64,000 nt of DNA from positions 1 through 64,000 of the forward strand of contig CAZWDO010000007.1 of the NCBI GenBank assembly GCA_964632485.1, given 5' to 3'. Positions 39,243-50,391 of the stretch are shown in pieces. The position numbers were made by a program, and so were the translations under genes. The notes under the pieces are model-generated. The model was not told where the DNA came from and made no database searches. It saw only the letters and a program-made list of their open reading frames with translations. Origin of the DNA: an uncultured bacterium. Lineage in GTDB: Bacteria; JAGOEH01. The stretch's first letter is position 1, and every line of letters starts with the position of its first letter.

Positions 39243-41722
39243 CTTCCCAAATCGGATAAATAGCCACTTATTTCAAAACCGAAATTTATGCCACTTTCAC
39301 GGGTAAAATAGGATTTTTCATATTCATGATAATATGACCCGTCAGTATTCAACAAATTCCGGATATAAAGTGAATATTCAAAACTGCGAATAATCGATTT
39401 ACTGAGGGTCACATCCCAGAGCCAGTAACCATCCGCCGTGAACCACTCATTTTTCCAGGCTTCCAGCGTATAGGGATCGTTATACACACTTTTTTTCCAG
39501 GCTAAATGCTGAGCGGAGAGCGAGAGCCATGCGCCCAATTGCCGCGAAACATAGCTTAAGTTATACTTAAAGAGCAGTTGTTGATTGGCGGGGCGATTGC
39601 CGGGGTGCCACCAGGGTTCGTCCAGGGACAAATCGGGGCTGGAATAATAGTTCAGACCTGCCGCGCTGATTTCATTATAAGACCAATCACTTCCAATTTG
39701 TAGGCGTATTCCTGACCAACTTTGAGTTTTAAGTATAAATTCAATTCCCTTTTTTTCCGCCTCGCCGATATTTTGGTAAAATGAAAATGTTTCCTGAGGA
39801 TACTCAATCATCCCCTTTTCGTAGTAATCAACAGGATAAGAACGGGTAGAAGGGGTTTTTTTTCGTTCTGAATAATAAAAGGATACTCGCATTGAGGCCC
39901 ATGATCTAAAAATCTGCTCATATCCAAAATCATATTTTGTTTCATAATATCCTTGTAAAGCGGGATTTGATTTTTCCAGCGAGTATCCGATCAGCTCGTC
40001 TGTAATCGTATCGACCAGGACATCATAATCGCGCGGTTGATAAATCATGTCAAAAGAAGGGGCTTTGGCGGTCCTGCCATACCCAAAGCGGACTTTTGCG
40101 CCGCGCCATAACCGCAATAGGAAACTCAGGCGCGGACTCACGTAATCACCCTGACGGGCATTGCTAAACGGGGTGACCATATCAAACATATCATAGCGAA
40201 TACCAAGATTGAGCGTGAACACTAGACCCAATTTAGCTGTGATTTCATCTTCTAAATACAACGCCAATTGATTGGTTCCGGGAAACCAGTTATAGGAAAA
40301 GGAACGATCAGCGCTATATTGGCCGTAATAGTTTTGTTGGGGATCAATGATCACCCCCTGACCGCGATTCACATCGTAGCGGAAATCGAAGCCACTGCTC
40401 AACTCGTGCAGCCAGCGGCCCTGTCTGCGCCGGTACTTCAGATTTAATTGAGCGCCGGGATTATAGAGCTCTCCCTTGTCCCAGATTTCGCCAATATAAG
40501 AGGTCGGATCCCCCTGGACTAATTTAGAAGCATAGCGGTCCTCACGGCGGAAATTCAAATATGCCCGAAATTCAGCCTTGAATCTCTTGTCGGGCTGCCA
40601 TATTGCTAAAATCGTCTGATTGGCAAACCAGCCATGGTTGTATTTTTTCTGCTGTTGATAATCAGTGGGTTTTTCATCATCCAGCATTTTATTTCCCATC
40701 AGTGTATAATCAAATTTTAAGCGGTCTTCCAGCCAGCGCCCCTGGAATTTCAGAGTAGCGCCCAGTCGGACCCATTCATCGCCGGTTTTCCTCAGATCAC
40801 GTTCGCTGTAAGCATAATCCATAAAAATCGAATAAGTATGCCCGCCTCGAGCGATCCCCTGGTCGAAGGACAACTCCTTGGTGGAACGGCTATACTTCAT
40901 TTTGAGTTTGGGCTGACGATGTTGGGATTTCATTTTTACATTGATAATCCCACTGGTGAGATCGCCATATTGGGCCGAGGGGATACCCTGGATAATTTCA
41001 ATGGATTCAATATTATCCGCCGCCAGCATCCTCAAATCGATGCCCTCCGCCGCTGATGTTTGAACAGTTGAACCCAAAGCAACACTTGCCATTGACGCAT
41101 TATTAGAAATAGGCACTCCTTCGATCATAATTTGGGTTCCAAACGTTTCAATACTCGTATTGGGTCCGCGCACCGCAGTGGTCACCTTGCCATCGAGGCC
41201 GATTTTACTTGATTTCAGCACTCCCGGCGCCAATTGCAGGGCGTCCCCCAGGTTCGTAGCCTGCATGTGCTCGATCTCTCCCGAACGTATCTCAAAGGTT
41301 GTCGTGGATTGATTGCTGATAATGGGTTTATCGGATGTTACCTCAATACTGCCAATTGAAAACACTTGCTCGCTCTCCCCCATCCCCGGCAACAGGGATA
41401 AAGTAACTACTGTGGTATCGCCGGCAACAACCTGGACATGGGTCTGCGTCACAACAGCAAAACCTGGTTTGCTCACCTCCAGCGCATAGTCGCCGGCCGG
41501 GATGTTCGGGATGATAAACTGTCCCTCTTTATTGGAAAAAATAACATGCTCAAACGGCTTTAACTTAATGATGGCATCAACCACCGGCTGATCGGTCACC
41601 GCATGGACCACTTGTCCCCGGATAACGCCATTTTCATTAGCAAGATGGTCCCGGGGAATCGTTATCAAAATTGCAACCCAATATAAGGAAAGAAAAAAAA
41701 TCGTTTTACCCGGATAGTTCAT
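39233..41722 (-). CDS. TonB-dependent receptor
   Basis: N-terminal GVIRGQV domain; plug IEHMQATNLGDALQLAPG, EGVPISNNAS, GIDLR, GIPSAQYGDLTSG; barrel with SPRLSF. Confidence 0.93.
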   Translation of the reverse strand: MNYPGKTIFFLSLYWVAILITIPRDHLANENGVIRGQVVHAVTDQPVVDAIIKLKPFEHVIFSNKEGQFIIPNIPAGDYALEVSKPGFAVVTQTHVQVVAGDTTVVTLSLLPGMGESEQVFSIGSIEVTSDKPIISNQSTTTFEIRSGEIEHMQATNLGDALQLAPGVLKSSKIGLDGKVTTAVRGPNTSIETFGTQIMIEGVPISNNASMASVALGSTVQTSAAEGIDLRMLAADNIESIEIIQGIPSAQYGDLTSGIINVKMKSQHRQPKLKMKYSRSTKELSFDQGIARGGHTYSIFMDYAYSERDLRKTGDEWVRLGATLKFQGRWLEDRLKFDYTLMGNKMLDDEKPTDYQQQKKYNHGWFANQTILAIWQPDKRFKAEFRAYLNFRREDRYASKLVQGDPTSYIGEIWDKGELYNPGAQLNLKYRRRQGRWLHELSSGFDFRYDVNRGQGVIIDPQQNYYGQYSADRSFSYNWFPGTNQLALYLEDEITAKLGLVFTLNLGIRYDMFDMVTPFSNARQGDYVSPRLSFLLRLWRGAKVRFGYGRTAKAPSFDMIYQPRDYDVLVDTITDELIGYSLEKSNPALQGYYETKYDFGYEQIFRSWASMRVSFYYSERKKTPSTRSYPVDYYEKGMIEYPQETFSFYQNIGEAEKKGIEFILKTQSWSGIRLQIGSDWSYNEISAAGLNYYSSPDLSLDEPWWHPGNRPANQQLLFKYNLSYVSRQLGAWLSLSAQHLAWKKSVYNDPYTLEAWKNEWFTADGYWLWDVTLSKSIIRSFEYSLYIRNLLNTDGSYYHEYEKSYFTRESGINFGFEISGYLSDLGRWR

Positions 41723-41734
41723 TAATCCTTCATT

Positions 41735-42775
41735 CTACCTTTGTCGTTGCGGGAGTTGACGCATCGCAATCCGAAAGCCAACGGCATCATTTTTATCCAT
41801 AGCCTGAAAATGACCCCGGTGAGTTACAGGGAATCCATGGCGATTGCTGTTGCGGTAGGAACTGGAAAAGCAGGGGCCGAAATCACCGCCGCGAACAACT
41901 TTGATCCGTTCCGGCAAAGGCGCTGCAGGACCAGTTGGATTTTTCAGTTTACGCTGGAATGCTTCTTTATAGTAATCGGCGCGATACCAATCGCCACACC
42001 ATTCCCAGACATTGCCCAGCATCTGGTAAATGCCATAGGCGCTTTGACCGGCGCTAAAGGCATGTACGGGAGCGGTGTTGACAAATCCATCACTCCATTC
42101 GTAACCATTCATGCGCGCCAATTCGAGTGTATCACCCCAGGGGTATCGATGCCCGGAATGGTTTTCAGGCGCCGGATCAGCCCAGCGAGCCGCTTTTTCC
42201 CATTCCGCTTCGGTAGGCAGCCGAACTTCTGCTCCCCATTCCTGGCTCAACCATTGACAAAAAGCTTCCGCCTCATAAAAGCTGATACCCATGACCGGCC
42301 GATCTTCACTATAGGAATAGGCAGCCTCATGCCAGGGAAGATTTTCACCTTGTTGCCAATAATAGGGTAAAGTGATATCAAGACTATCAATAAAGCGTCG
42401 GCCATCCACTGACCAAAGTGTCGAATCCTGATAACCACCCGCCTCGACAAATCGGTTAAAAGCGCGATTTGTTACCTCATAACGCCCGATCCAAAACCCA
42501 TCGATCCAGACTGTATCATCATATTGAATCACTTCAATAAATTGTCCATTTTGATAAATAAAGCGCGTAAAGAATTCATCGTTTTGATTATCGTGATAAA
42601 GAGTATCCCAACTATTTCCCCGCGTAAACCAACCGCCTTCAATCCATACCAGTTCCAAATCCTGCGATTCCAATAGTGGTTCGTTAAAAGAAATATCTTC
42701 CGGTTCGCGCGAGGAACATCCCTCAACGAATAAGAACAATATAAAATTAAGGAAAACGAATAAAAAAAATTTCAT
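41735..42775 (-). CDS. SUMF1/FGE-sulfatase-fold lipoprotein
   Basis: Lipobox VEGC; YEVTN, RLPTEAEWEKAAR, YPWG, GNVWEWC, VVRGG, VGFR. The canonical FGE catalytic Cys pair is absent. Confidence 0.88.
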   Translation of the reverse strand: MKFFLFVFLNFILFLFVEGCSSREPEDISFNEPLLESQDLELVWIEGGWFTRGNSWDTLYHDNQNDEFFTRFIYQNGQFIEVIQYDDTVWIDGFWIGRYEVTNRAFNRFVEAGGYQDSTLWSVDGRRFIDSLDITLPYYWQQGENLPWHEAAYSYSEDRPVMGISFYEAEAFCQWLSQEWGAEVRLPTEAEWEKAARWADPAPENHSGHRYPWGDTLELARMNGYEWSDGFVNTAPVHAFSAGQSAYGIYQMLGNVWEWCGDWYRADYYKEAFQRKLKNPTGPAAPLPERIKVVRGGDFGPCFSSSYRNSNRHGFPVTHRGHFQAMDKNDAVGFRIAMRQLPQRQR

Positions 42776-43431
42776 CAGAACCGGCCAATTTTAAACTGCA
42801 TAAAAAAAGAAAATCCGCTAAGATTGTCAGCATTGAACTGGGCCAATTCGTCGACGAAAAGACGTCTATAGGCTAACCCGGATGCCATCCGAAAATATTC
42901 TGTTAGGTTAAATTCAATTCCCACAGCAGGTTCAATGATAAAAAATCCAGTTTCCTTGCCAGTATCCACTTCATCTCCTTCATCCCGCAAATTGATGCCA
43001 CCGCCACCAATCAATATCCGCGTTGTGGCATGCCATTTTTTCTGGTAATCCCAAATTCCTTCCAGAAAAAGCCCGCCATAACCCATATTCAGGTACTTCA
43101 CCCGGTGATTTGGCGGGGGGGCTTGTGAGGGGAAATTGGAGTCTACAGGATTATCGGCTTCAATATCGGTCATCAATCGGCATCCAGCTCCGCCAATCAC
43201 CCAGGAATGACTGATGACAATACCCCCGCATCCACCGTAAAATAACGCAGGTTGGCCATCCACACTGGAAAAAAAAATCCAGGGTCCGCCATAACCGCCT
43301 AATTCGCGAATTTCTTTCTTTAACTTATCCATATCAGTAGAATCAATAAATTCCTCCTGGCTATTGTAATTCCAGCCAAAAGCAATCTGTGAAGCCAAAA
43401 GGATAAATAAGCATATAGAAAACGTACGCAA
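42775..43431 (-). CDS. small outer-membrane beta-barrel, hypothetical
   Basis: Signal peptide, Gly/aromatic beta-strands (GGYGGP, YGGL, FFIIEP), terminal F; GTG start. Confidence 0.7.
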   Translation of the reverse strand: MRTFSICLFILLASQIAFGWNYNSQEEFIDSTDMDKLKKEIRELGGYGGPWIFFSSVDGQPALFYGGCGGIVISHSWVIGGAGCRLMTDIEADNPVDSNFPSQAPPPNHRVKYLNMGYGGLFLEGIWDYQKKWHATTRILIGGGGINLRDEGDEVDTGKETGFFIIEPAVGIEFNLTEYFRMASGLAYRRLFVDELAQFNADNLSGFSFFMQFKIGRF

Positions 43432-43663
43432 CTGAATCTCCTTAAAATGAGCGTCTATTTGTTAATATCATAAAAAAATATATAATAAATTTCATTGTGA
43501 ATGTCAAGTTTTTTTTATCAATTTCAGAAATTTTTACACTAACAATAACTCAGAGTTCAGTAACAAAATTTCCGACATGACCGACATTTGACGTAAACTT
43601 CGAGCAAAGAGATAAAATAGAGCAACTGAAAGGATAAAGCCCCGATTAGAAACAAAATCCGGA

Positions 43664-43689
43664 CAGCGCGCACCGGCTGATGCGCGCTG
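43664..43689 (-). terminator. hairpin downstream of the SPFH gene, probable terminator
   Basis: Perfect 9-bp stem CAGCGCGCA/TGCGCGCTG ~20 nt past the stop; the U-tract is imperfect. Confidence 0.55.
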
Positions 43690-43706
43690 CTGAACCTATC
43701 CGATAT

Positions 43707-44630
43707 TTATGAATTTTCTTTTTGAATGTTAAAGGCGCTTTTAACAACTGCCGTTACACTGGCGATATCCGTTAAATTAGTCGGCAGAATCATAGTATTA
43801 TTTGTTTTAGCAAGTTGCGCGAACGATTGAATCCAATCGGTGGCGATACGTAACTCAACCGATTCCTTACCACCCGGTTGTTCGATGGCTTTGGCGACCA
43901 TTAAAATTCCCTCAGCAGTGGCCTTCGCGGCTTCCAAAATCTGAGCGGCGTTTCCCTTGGCTTCATTTTCCATTTTGATCTTGATACCTTCTGAACGGCG
44001 GATCGATTCCTGCTTATCCCCTTCTGAGCGGTTAATTTTAGCTTGCATTTCACCTTCGGACAACGCTATTTTTTCACGTTTTTCACGCTCAGCGCGCATC
44101 TGCTTTTCCATGGCATCGCGAATCGAAGGGGGTGGTTCGATATTACGAATCTCATAGCGGGTAACTTTAATACCCCAGGGATCAGAAGCTTCATCAATGG
44201 ATTGAACAATCTGGCCATTCACGTTTTCACGCGATTCAAATGTTTTATCCAAGTCAAGCTTGCCGATTTCGGAACGCATCGTTGTTTGCGCCAACTGGAC
44301 AATGGCAAATTGATAGTTCGTTATACCATAGCTGGCTTTGGCCGGATCAATGACACGCATATATAAAATGCCGTCAATTTCCACCGAGATATTATCTTTT
44401 GTGATACACATCTGCGGCGGAACATCAATCGCCTGTTCCTTTAGTGTATGTTTGTAGGCAATCTTATCGATATAGGGGATCAGAATATGAAAACCGGCGC
44501 CTAAAGTACGGGAATATTTTCCCAAACGTTCGATTACGAACACTACCTGATTCGGTACGACGACCGCTGTTTTGAAAACTGTGATAATCACAATTAAAAC
44601 AATGATCGCCAAAACGGCAACAGATGACAT
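43707..44630 (-). CDS. SPFH/stomatin-like (paraslipin/QmcA) protein
   Basis: IERLGKY...GFHILIP, CITKDN, LAQTTMRSEIG, WGIKVTRYEI, MEKQMRAERE. Confidence 0.95.
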   Translation of the reverse strand: MSSVAVLAIIVLIVIITVFKTAVVVPNQVVFVIERLGKYSRTLGAGFHILIPYIDKIAYKHTLKEQAIDVPPQMCITKDNISVEIDGILYMRVIDPAKASYGITNYQFAIVQLAQTTMRSEIGKLDLDKTFESRENVNGQIVQSIDEASDPWGIKVTRYEIRNIEPPPSIRDAMEKQMRAEREKREKIALSEGEMQAKINRSEGDKQESIRRSEGIKIKMENEAKGNAAQILEAAKATAEGILMVAKAIEQPGGKESVELRIATDWIQSFAQLAKTNNTMILPTNLTDIASVTAVVKSAFNIQKENS

Positions 44631-44672
44631 GATGCCTCCTGTTTTAAAGGTTCAAAATCGCTTAAAATAGGG

Positions 44673-45113
44673 TTACACTTTTTCAACTTCAATCGTTAAA
44701 TTGTTCATCCCGGAAACGCGCGCCGAATCGCCGGCGGGAATGACGCTTGACGCCGTTGCCTTCCATTCACTTCCCTGATAGCGAACCCGGCCTTTGCCTT
44801 TAGAGGGATCAATCGTTTCCAGAACCGTTACAACAGCCCCTTTTTCGACTTTAAAATTAATCGTATCTCCTTCAGTATCTTCCCGGCCGGAAAAAATGCG
44901 GGTAAAAAAACGTCGCAAACTGAATAATAACACCAGTGACGACATAAGGAACACGATTACCTGGGACGTCAAGCCCAGGGTCCATCCCAGCCAGGTTGTC
45001 AAGGCAACTATCAAGGCGCCGCCCCCAAAAAAAGCCAAAACAAAACCGGGAACAAAAATTTCAAAAAATACAAATAGCAAACCCACGATCAGCCATAGCA
45101 AAGCCGGGCTCAT
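44673..45113 (-). CDS. NfeD-family membrane protein
   Basis: Three TM helices, WLIVG...EI..PG, and OB-fold GRVRYQGSEWKA; adjacent to the SPFH gene. Confidence 0.9.
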   Translation of the reverse strand: MSPALLWLIVGLLFVFFEIFVPGFVLAFFGGGALIVALTTWLGWTLGLTSQVIVFLMSSLVLLFSLRRFFTRIFSGREDTEGDTINFKVEKGAVVTVLETIDPSKGKGRVRYQGSEWKATASSVIPAGDSARVSGMNNLTIEVEKV

Positions 45114-45351
45114 GTTTCACTCCTGGTTAGATGTTCACTTTATAATATAATCTTTTCAGTTTTAAACACAAGTTTTTTAAAAAAAAAAATTTAGTCGGTT
45201 ATTACCCTATTATAGGATGCAGTTGAGGTAGTAACTTTACTCTTACTGTATTCAGCTCTTTGAAGAGCTTATAGGGAATGGAAGAACAACACCTCCCGTC
45301 AATTCACATACTGTAACAGTGTCCTACCGTGTAAAAGATGTCAGTGGAAAA

Positions 45352-45434
45352 TGCCGAAGGCGGGACTCGAACCCGCACAGGCAGGGCCTACTACCCCCTC
45401 AAGATAGCGTGTCTACCAATTCCACCACTTCGGC
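45352..45434 (-). tRNA. tRNA-Leu(GAG)
   Basis: GCCGAAG acceptor stem, anticodon arm CTATC-TTGAGGG-GGTAG, long variable arm, GTTCGAGTC T-arm; CCA not encoded; lies downstream of secG. Confidence 0.96.
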
Positions 45435-45529
45435 AATCTCAAATTTGCTTCAGAACAGATCCATATTAACCATTAGCCAGCTCATACCGGGTTTCCGGGT
45501 AGGAGCGGCCCACCGGTTTAATTACCTTT

Positions 45530-45919
45530 TTAATTTACAGGTTGCGAAACGGACGAATCTACCGGAACAGCTTGAACTGGCGTATTCTCCCTGGGCGTCG
45601 CATTGTCCTGGATCGGGGGCATTGTCGGGGCTGGTGTTGCTGATTGTTCTGAATTCAGCAATTCCTGTACCCGGCTAGTTTCAACACCCCGGCTATTATA
45701 AATAATCGTAATTAATAGCGAAGAGACCATAAAACTGGCTGCCAGGACGGTTGTCGCTTTCGAAAGGAACGTAGCTGTTCCGCGCGTACCGAGCAAGCTG
45801 GTAGCGCCCCCGCCGCCCAAACCGGCGGCTAATCCTCCGCCCTTGCTTGATTGCAACAAAACGATAATGATTAATAACACCGAGATGAGTGTGTGGATGA
45901 CGAATAAGACATAGAGCAT
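45530..45919 (-). CDS. secG: preprotein translocase subunit SecG
   Basis: VLLQSSKGGGLAAGLGG...FLSKATTVLA with two TM helices. Confidence 0.95.
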   Translation of the reverse strand: MLYVLFVIHTLISVLLIIIVLLQSSKGGGLAAGLGGGGATSLLGTRGTATFLSKATTVLAASFMVSSLLITIIYNSRGVETSRVQELLNSEQSATPAPTMPPIQDNATPRENTPVQAVPVDSSVSQPVN

Positions 45920-45928
45920 GGACTTCTC

Positions 45929-46681
45929 CTATTGAAAATTCACAATACGTAAAAAAGAATCAAGTTTCAAACTGGCACCACCAACCAATCCGCCATCGAT
46001 ATCGTTTTGACTCATCAATTCATCAATATTTTCTGGTTTAATACTGCCACCGTACAAAATGCGGATTTTCTCGGCTGTTTCGGAACCGAACATTCGCAAA
46101 AGCAACGAACGGATATAAGCGTGCATTTCCTGGGCTTGGGCTGGAGTTGCCGTTTTACCGGTGCCAATCGCCCAGACAGGTTCATAGGCAATTACTAATT
46201 CCTGAGCCCGATCAATGGCTACATTTGCCAATCCTTGCTCAATTTGACGTTTAACAACATCTTTTTCCGCGCCGCTCTCGCGTTCCGCGAGTTTTTCTCC
46301 CACACATACAATGGGTTGTAAATGCTGATCTAATACAAGCGCCACTTTTTCGGCTACGGTTTCATCCGTTTCACCATAATATTCCCGGCGTTCTGAATGT
46401 CCGATAATCACAGAGGAGACACAGAGGCTTTTCAGCATAGCGGGGCTAATTTCACCCGTATATGCGCCTTCATTTTTCAGAGCGCAGTTCTGAGCTCCCA
46501 CCTGCACTGCCGTACAACAACACAGGCGAACAGCCTGATCAAGATATAAATACGGCGGGCAGATCAACACTTCCCGTCCCTCGGGCATTTCACCGGATTG
46601 GACCAGGGCTGATATAAAAGCCACCGCTTCTTTGTATGTCTTATACATTTTCCAGTTACCGGCAATTAGAGGTTTTCTCAC
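45929..46681 (-). CDS. tpiA: triosephosphate isomerase
   Basis: AGNWKM, GAYTGEIS, IIGHSERR, AYEPVWAIGTG, LYGGS, GLVGGASL. Confidence 0.99.
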   Translation of the reverse strand: MRKPLIAGNWKMYKTYKEAVAFISALVQSGEMPEGREVLICPPYLYLDQAVRLCCCTAVQVGAQNCALKNEGAYTGEISPAMLKSLCVSSVIIGHSERREYYGETDETVAEKVALVLDQHLQPIVCVGEKLAERESGAEKDVVKRQIEQGLANVAIDRAQELVIAYEPVWAIGTGKTATPAQAQEMHAYIRSLLLRMFGSETAEKIRILYGGSIKPENIDELMSQNDIDGGLVGGASLKLDSFLRIVNFQ

Positions 46682-46695
46682 AATAGATTCCTTCC

Positions 46696-47898
46696 TTAAT
46701 TATCCTGAATCGCAGCGATACCTGGCAATACCAAACCTTCCAGGTATTCGAGACTTGCGCCACCACCGGTTGAAATATGGGTAATCCGGTCTTTCAATCC
46801 AGTCTGCGCTATTGCCGCTGCGGAATCACCGCCGCCAATAATCGATACGGCATCGTTATATTGCGTGGCATGGGCAATCACTTTGGCCAGTTCAATTGTT
46901 CCGTTAGCGAAAGCCGGCATCTCGAATACGCCCATGGGACCGTTCCATACGATTGTCTTGGCCGTCTTTAAAACTGCGGAAAATTTTTCAATCGTCTTCG
47001 GCCCGACATCCAATCCCATCCATCCGGCGGGGATTTCAGCTTTATCAACCGTCTTATGTTCGGCGTCCGCTTTGAATTCAGCCGCAACGACCACATCATC
47101 CGGCAACAGTAATTGCACGTTCATTTTTTTGGCTTTTTCGATAATCTCCTTAGCGATTTCCAGCCGGTCGTCCTCCACCAGGGATTTTCCTATCTCCAGT
47201 CCCATCGCCTTAAAAAAGGTGAAAATCATTCCGCCGCCGATCAGCAAGGCATCAACTTTTTCCATCAGATTGATAATCACATTGATTTTATCGGAAACTT
47301 TTGCGCCGCCCATCACAGCAACATACGGTCTGGTGGGATTTTCCAGGGCCATACCGAGGAATTTTACTTCCTTGGCCATCAGATAGCCCAAGGCATTTTC
47401 AGCGATATAATCCACCACTCCCGCCGTTGAAGCGTGCGCGCGATGAGCCGTGCCAAACGCATCATTGATATAAACATCGCCCAAACCCGCTAATTTCCTG
47501 GCGAATTCAGGATCATTTTTTTCTTCTTCTTTATAAAATCGCAGATTTTCCAACACGACAACATCACCCTCCGACATCTGTGAAATGGCCGTCTCCACGG
47601 TTTCTCCCACACAGTCTTCCACAAAACGTACGGGTTTTTTCAGCAATTCACCCAGACGTTCCGCTACGGGTTTCAGACTCAATCCCGGTTTCTTTTCTCC
47701 TTTAGGTTTCCCTAAATGAGACATTAAAACTAATTTACCGCCTTCGGCAACTACTCTTTTTATGCTGGGCAAGGCTTCGACAATACGGTTATCATCCGTA
47801 ATTTTCCCGGTAGTTTTATCCATCGGAACATTAAAGTCCACACGCATCAAAACGCGTTTATTCTTGAGAGTCAGTTGGTCAATCGTACGTTTTGCCAT
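46696..47898 (-). CDS. pgk: phosphoglycerate kinase
   Basis: [52 protein letters not shown]. Confidence 0.99.
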   Translation of the reverse strand: MAKRTIDQLTLKNKRVLMRVDFNVPMDKTTGKITDDNRIVEALPSIKRVVAEGGKLVLMSHLGKPKGEKKPGLSLKPVAERLGELLKKPVRFVEDCVGETVETAISQMSEGDVVVLENLRFYKEEEKNDPEFARKLAGLGDVYINDAFGTAHRAHASTAGVVDYIAENALGYLMAKEVKFLGMALENPTRPYVAVMGGAKVSDKINVIINLMEKVDALLIGGGMIFTFFKAMGLEIGKSLVEDDRLEIAKEIIEKAKKMNVQLLLPDDVVVAAEFKADAEHKTVDKAEIPAGWMGLDVGPKTIEKFSAVLKTAKTIVWNGPMGVFEMPAFANGTIELAKVIAHATQYNDAVSIIGGGDSAAAIAQTGLKDRITHISTGGGASLEYLEGLVLPGIAAIQDN

Positions 47899-47916
47899 AA
47901 TCTTTTATCCTGTTGT

Positions 47917-48927
<1,011 letters not shown>

Positions 48928-49322
48928 TTAATTCCTCCTTGTTTGAAGTCGTCTAATATTATAAAAAAAAAACCGAAATGTCAAGCCTTTTTTTCAGCTT
49001 AAACAAAAGTTTTGAATTAAATTGTACCTGACATCCACTTAAAATTTTATTTAGAATCGTAATATATTTGAAAAAGATATTGACAAAATCAGTTTAATTG
49101 TATTAATTTATAGCGGTCCATAAAACTCTGGCAATCGGTAATAGAATTGTAGAGTCAGTTCGTTGGATCATAACTAATTCCTTAATTGCCATTGGATTAT
49201 TCAGGTAAATGCAATAACGCAGGAGTTAAAGCGCATTAAATATTGATACTATCTTATTATTTATGAATTAAACCAGAACGTGTCTGAAAAAAACAATCAC
49301 ACCTTTTTCAGGGAGATGAGCT

Positions 49323-50360
49323 ATGCAAGGCTGTAAATTCGGAACCCATCGGGTTCTCGAACCTTCAGGGGTATTACCCCAACCTGCCCGACGAATTGAC
49401 AATACAATGGAACTCTATGACAATGAGATACTTTTAAATGTCATTCGACTGAATATAGATTCCGCTTCTTTTCATCAAATCGTCCAGGAAGTCGGGCGGG
49501 ACCCGGAAAAAATCGCCGCCAAAGTGCAATCCATAGTGAGCGAACGCGGTAAAATGCACAATCCGGTCACCGGCTCAGGAGGAATGTTGATCGGCAAAGT
49601 CGCAGAGATCGGATCAGCTTTAGCCGGCAAAACCGATTTGAAACCGGGTGACCGCTTAGCCACTTTGGTTTCTCTATCCTTGACACCCCTCAAAATTGAC
49701 CGTATTAAAAATGTTTTGCTCGACCAGGACCAAATTGAAATTGAGGGTCGCGCGATTCTTTTTGAGAGCGGTGTTTATGCGAAATTACCCGAAGATATGA
49801 ATGAGACATTGGCGCTCTCAATATTGGATGTAGCTGGAGCGCCGGCTCAGACAGCCAGACTGGCCCAAAAAGGCCAAACAATATTTATATTGGGCGCCGG
49901 TGGTAAATCGGGATTGTTGTGTACGGCAATGGCGCGCGACGTGGTTGGAGCGGAAGGCGCGATCATCGGTCTGGTACACAGCGAAAAATCGCTGGCCACC
50001 GCGCAGGAATTGAATATGTGCGACCATCTGATCCGCGGGAATGCCGGAGATGCCCTGTTCGTTTACCGGGAACTGGAAAAACTCACGCAAGGACGAATGG
50101 CGGATCTGGTCATAAATTGTGTGAATGTACCGGATACTGAAATGGCTTCTGTACTGGCTTGCCGCGATCGCGGTACCGTTTATTTCTTTTCCATGGCTAC
50201 CAGTTTCACTAAAGCGGCGCTGGGCGCTGAAGGGATTGGCTATGATATCGACATGATCATTGGCAATGGGTATTGCCACGACCATGCCCAGATTTCTCTG
50301 GAAATTGTTCGCAAACATCCAATATTACGTTCAATTTTTGAACAAAAATATCTCCACTAA
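49323..50360 (+). CDS. kdd: L-erythro-3,5-diaminohexanoate dehydrogenase
   Basis: GTHRVLEP.GVLPQPA, LNIDSASF, GKMHNPVTGSGGM, SLVSLSLTPL-like segment, LDVAGAPAQT, FFSMATSFTKAALGAEG; lies upstream of kamA. Confidence 0.92.
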   Translation: MQGCKFGTHRVLEPSGVLPQPARRIDNTMELYDNEILLNVIRLNIDSASFHQIVQEVGRDPEKIAAKVQSIVSERGKMHNPVTGSGGMLIGKVAEIGSALAGKTDLKPGDRLATLVSLSLTPLKIDRIKNVLLDQDQIEIEGRAILFESGVYAKLPEDMNETLALSILDVAGAPAQTARLAQKGQTIFILGAGGKSGLLCTAMARDVVGAEGAIIGLVHSEKSLATAQELNMCDHLIRGNAGDALFVYRELEKLTQGRMADLVINCVNVPDTEMASVLACRDRGTVYFFSMATSFTKAALGAEGIGYDIDMIIGNGYCHDHAQISLEIVRKHPILRSIFEQKYLH

Positions 50361-50391
50361 TTCAGAAGTTAATTATAATAAGGAGGAAATC

